From Bacteroidia bacterium (GTDB lineage Bacteria; Bacteroidota; Bacteroidia; JANWVE01), in the NCBI GenBank assembly GCA_025056095.1, contig JANWVW010000021.1, positions 1 through 26,111 of the forward strand: a stretch of DNA of 26,111 nucleotides, written 5' to 3'. How positions within the stretch are numbered: position 1 is the stretch's first letter; every line of letters starts with the position of its first letter. The notes beneath the pieces are model-generated. The model was given only the letters and a program-made list of their open reading frames with translations. It ran no database searches and was not told where the DNA came from. Shown in pieces: positions 24,236-26,111 of this stretch. The translations under genes were made by a program, and so were the position numbers.

Positions 24236-26111
24236 TCAAAATTTTACTTGAAGCGTAGTGTAAAAACCGCGTCCATCGGCAGGAATAATGCCTGGTCCTG
24301 GATAGCCTTCGGCACGGCGCGTGAAATATTGCTCATTTAGTAAATTGTTAATGCTACATTCCCAAGTAAGAAACTTGTACCGATAAAAAAACGAAATATC
24401 TGCCACGTGATAACTTGGAATAATACCTTCTATTGCCGAGGCAGTACGACGAGTGTTTGAGGCATCAGAAAAATGTTCTTGTATTTGTATGTATTGCACA
24501 TTCAAACCTACGTTCTTATATTTCAAAGTATTACCAATTTTGAGATTGGTAGGAGGTACCATTTCTACTTTTTTATTTCTGATAGCATTATCTTGTGTAC
24601 CTACATAGCGAGCATCAATCCAAGCGAAATTGACAAACATATTCCATTGCCAAAACTGCTGAGAAGGATTAAGCATTTTCAAAATATTCCATTCGGCAAA
24701 GGCTTCTATGCCCAAATTGCGTGCATTAGATACGTTAGTACGGAAGCGGTAATCATTGAACAAAATACTATCCGTTTTCAGCACTTGTCCAATTTTGCCC
24801 AAATATTTTAAGTAAAAAAATGTAACTTCGTAAGTAAAAAAATCCTCTTGTTTGCCTCTTATGCCTAAATCAGCAGTGTAACCTTTTTCATCTTGAATAT
24901 TAGCATCAACTCGGAGGTTAGGGTTATTTATTCGCAAATCTGAAAAGTTAATTGCCCGATAGTTTTGCGAAATATTAGCATAAAATTCTAATTTTTCGAA
25001 GGGTTTATAGCTTGTACCTACACCTAAAATGACAAAACTACGTTTGCGGTTTAGGCTTTCTTGTATTTGATTAGAAACAATGATATTGCCTGCGGCATCT
25101 TTTACGTAGCGGTTGTAAAATCCTTGTGCAAAAGTGCGAATATTCTCAAAGCGAATACCGGGCGTAATGCTCAATTTTTCGTTGAGGTTGAAAATATTTT
25201 CTGCAAAAAGGGCATAATTTTCATTAGGAAAAACATAGTCGGAGTCCTCTACATTGTTTGGATTAAGGAAACGAAAATCGGCATCTCTGCCTGCTGAGCC
25301 AAAGCCTTGCTTTGCGGTGGTAGTACCTCTGTAAAAGCGTGAACCGATTAAAAGTGTGTGCTTTTGGTTTTGTGCGGGGTATTTGTGCAACAAACGAATT
25401 TCAGAACCGAAATTTTGAAATCTGCCTGCAATAAGGGTGCGTTCTCTGCCAAAATCGGCTACGTTAATGCGTTCCAAATTGCCCAAAGCTTGCCGTTGAG
25501 CCAAAAGTCCAAAATTTCGCCAATTGAGTTGGGTTTGGTCGTTGAATTTGTAGGTAAAATTTAATGCAAGTAAATTCCAATCTACTGAAAACCAATTCCT
25601 TTCACGATTTGATTGACGCGGGTTTTCTTGAAATTGCCTATCGGTCAATCCGCCTGGTTGTTGGGCTAAATAGGTCATTTTGGTTACGTCTATGTTGATA
25701 TTCAACTTTTGTGTGGCTTGATAATGCAAAGACGCATACGCATTGTGGTATTGAAATCCCGAGTTGGGGCGATAACCTGCCCCTGTTTTGTATTGATAGT
25801 AAACGTAATAATTGAGTTTACCCACTGTACCACCAAGGCTATTGAAAGTGCTGAAAAAGCCCCAAGAACCTACGGTTTGTCTGCTAGTGAGGCTTATTTT
25901 TTTATCTTTTTCTCCTTTTTTGAAATTGAAATTGAGCATACCACCAAACTGTGTACCGTATTGCAAAGAAGCTGCCCCACGCACAATTTCAATGCGTTCT
26001 AGTGCTTCTACGGGGGGAGTGTAATAAGACTCGGGATAGCCCAAGGCATCGGCTGAGATGTCATAGCCGTTTTGCCGTACATTAAAGTTAGAGGTACGGT
26101 TTGGGCTTAAT
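24236..26111 (-). CDS. TonB-dependent outer-membrane receptor, N-terminus beyond the right edge of the window
   Basis: The frame stays open to the window edge; the ORF track's start at 26044 is an internal TTG. Plug-domain motif RIEIVRGAASLQYGTQFGG. Long beta-barrel region with alternating aromatic strands. Terminal ...GRGFYTTLQVKF ends in the conserved C-terminal Phe. Confidence 0.75.
   Translation of the reverse strand, partial: LSPNRTSNFNVRQNGYDISADALGYPESYYTPPVEALERIEIVRGAASLQYGTQFGGMLNFNFKKGEKDKKISLTSRQTVGSWGFFSTFNSLGGTVGKLNYYVYYQYKTGAGYRPNSGFQYHNAYASLHYQATQKLNINIDVTKMTYLAQQPGGLTDRQFQENPRQSNRERNWFSVDWNLLALNFTYKFNDQTQLNWRNFGLLAQRQALGNLERINVADFGRERTLIAGRFQNFGSEIRLLHKYPAQNQKHTLLIGSRFYRGTTTAKQGFGSAGRDADFRFLNPNNVEDSDYVFPNENYALFAENIFNLNEKLSITPGIRFENIRTFAQGFYNRYVKDAAGNIIVSNQIQESLNRKRSFVILGVGTSYKPFEKLEFYANISQNYRAINFSDLRINNPNLRVDANIQDEKGYTADLGIRGKQEDFFTYEVTFFYLKYLGKIGQVLKTDSILFNDYRFRTNVSNARNLGIEAFAEWNILKMLNPSQQFWQWNMFVNFAWIDARYVGTQDNAIRNKKVEMVPPTNLKIGNTLKYKNVGLNVQYIQIQEHFSDASNTRRTASAIEGIIPSYHVADISFFYRYKFLTWECSINNLLNEQYFTRRAEGYPGPGIIPADGRGFYTTLQVKF

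Overview
This is an AT-rich window, and the sequence reads as a Bacteroidota (Cytophagia-like) chromosome. Three observations support that: TAnnTTTG-type -7 promoter boxes, three large secreted proteins ending in type-A T9SS (Por) C-terminal sorting domains, and a TonB-dependent receptor.

Content in order:
- A thioredoxin-fold protein, possibly truncated at the left edge of the window.
- A T9SS cargo protein with a beta-helix-like N/G/T-rich region.
- A long gene-free convergent spacer.
- A secreted helical protein on the minus strand.
- A stand-alone CheW-like protein.
- A small polytopic membrane protein and two small coiled-coil proteins, apparently one plus-strand operon closed by a bidirectional terminator.
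- An 827-aa minus-strand gene that I read as a bacterial homolog of the eukaryotic major vault protein (MVP). It has the N-terminal repeat signature, paired G-P loop motifs and a C-terminal cap-helix-like coiled coil.
- A 1845-aa T9SS cargo protein built from about ten tandem Cys-framed beta-sandwich repeats plus an unassigned central domain.
- A 1384-aa T9SS-secreted GH13 alpha-amylase-family enzyme (E-set domain, catalytic domain, FN3 repeats, T9SS tail).
- An ~830-bp ORF-free region holding an 18-bp perfect palindrome that carries the -7 motif on both strands.
- A plus-strand run of an XRE-family HTH regulator, a small lipoprotein, a flavin-reductase-like protein and an orphan NuoF-like (51-kDa NADH dehydrogenase subunit) gene.
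- A strong bidirectional terminator, then a convergent TonB-dependent receptor that runs off the right edge.

I saw no rRNA, tRNA, CRISPR array, transposase or integrase. The most unusual element is the MVP/vault-like gene and the small uncharacterised genes around it. The stand-alone CheW and the orphan NuoF are secondary curiosities.
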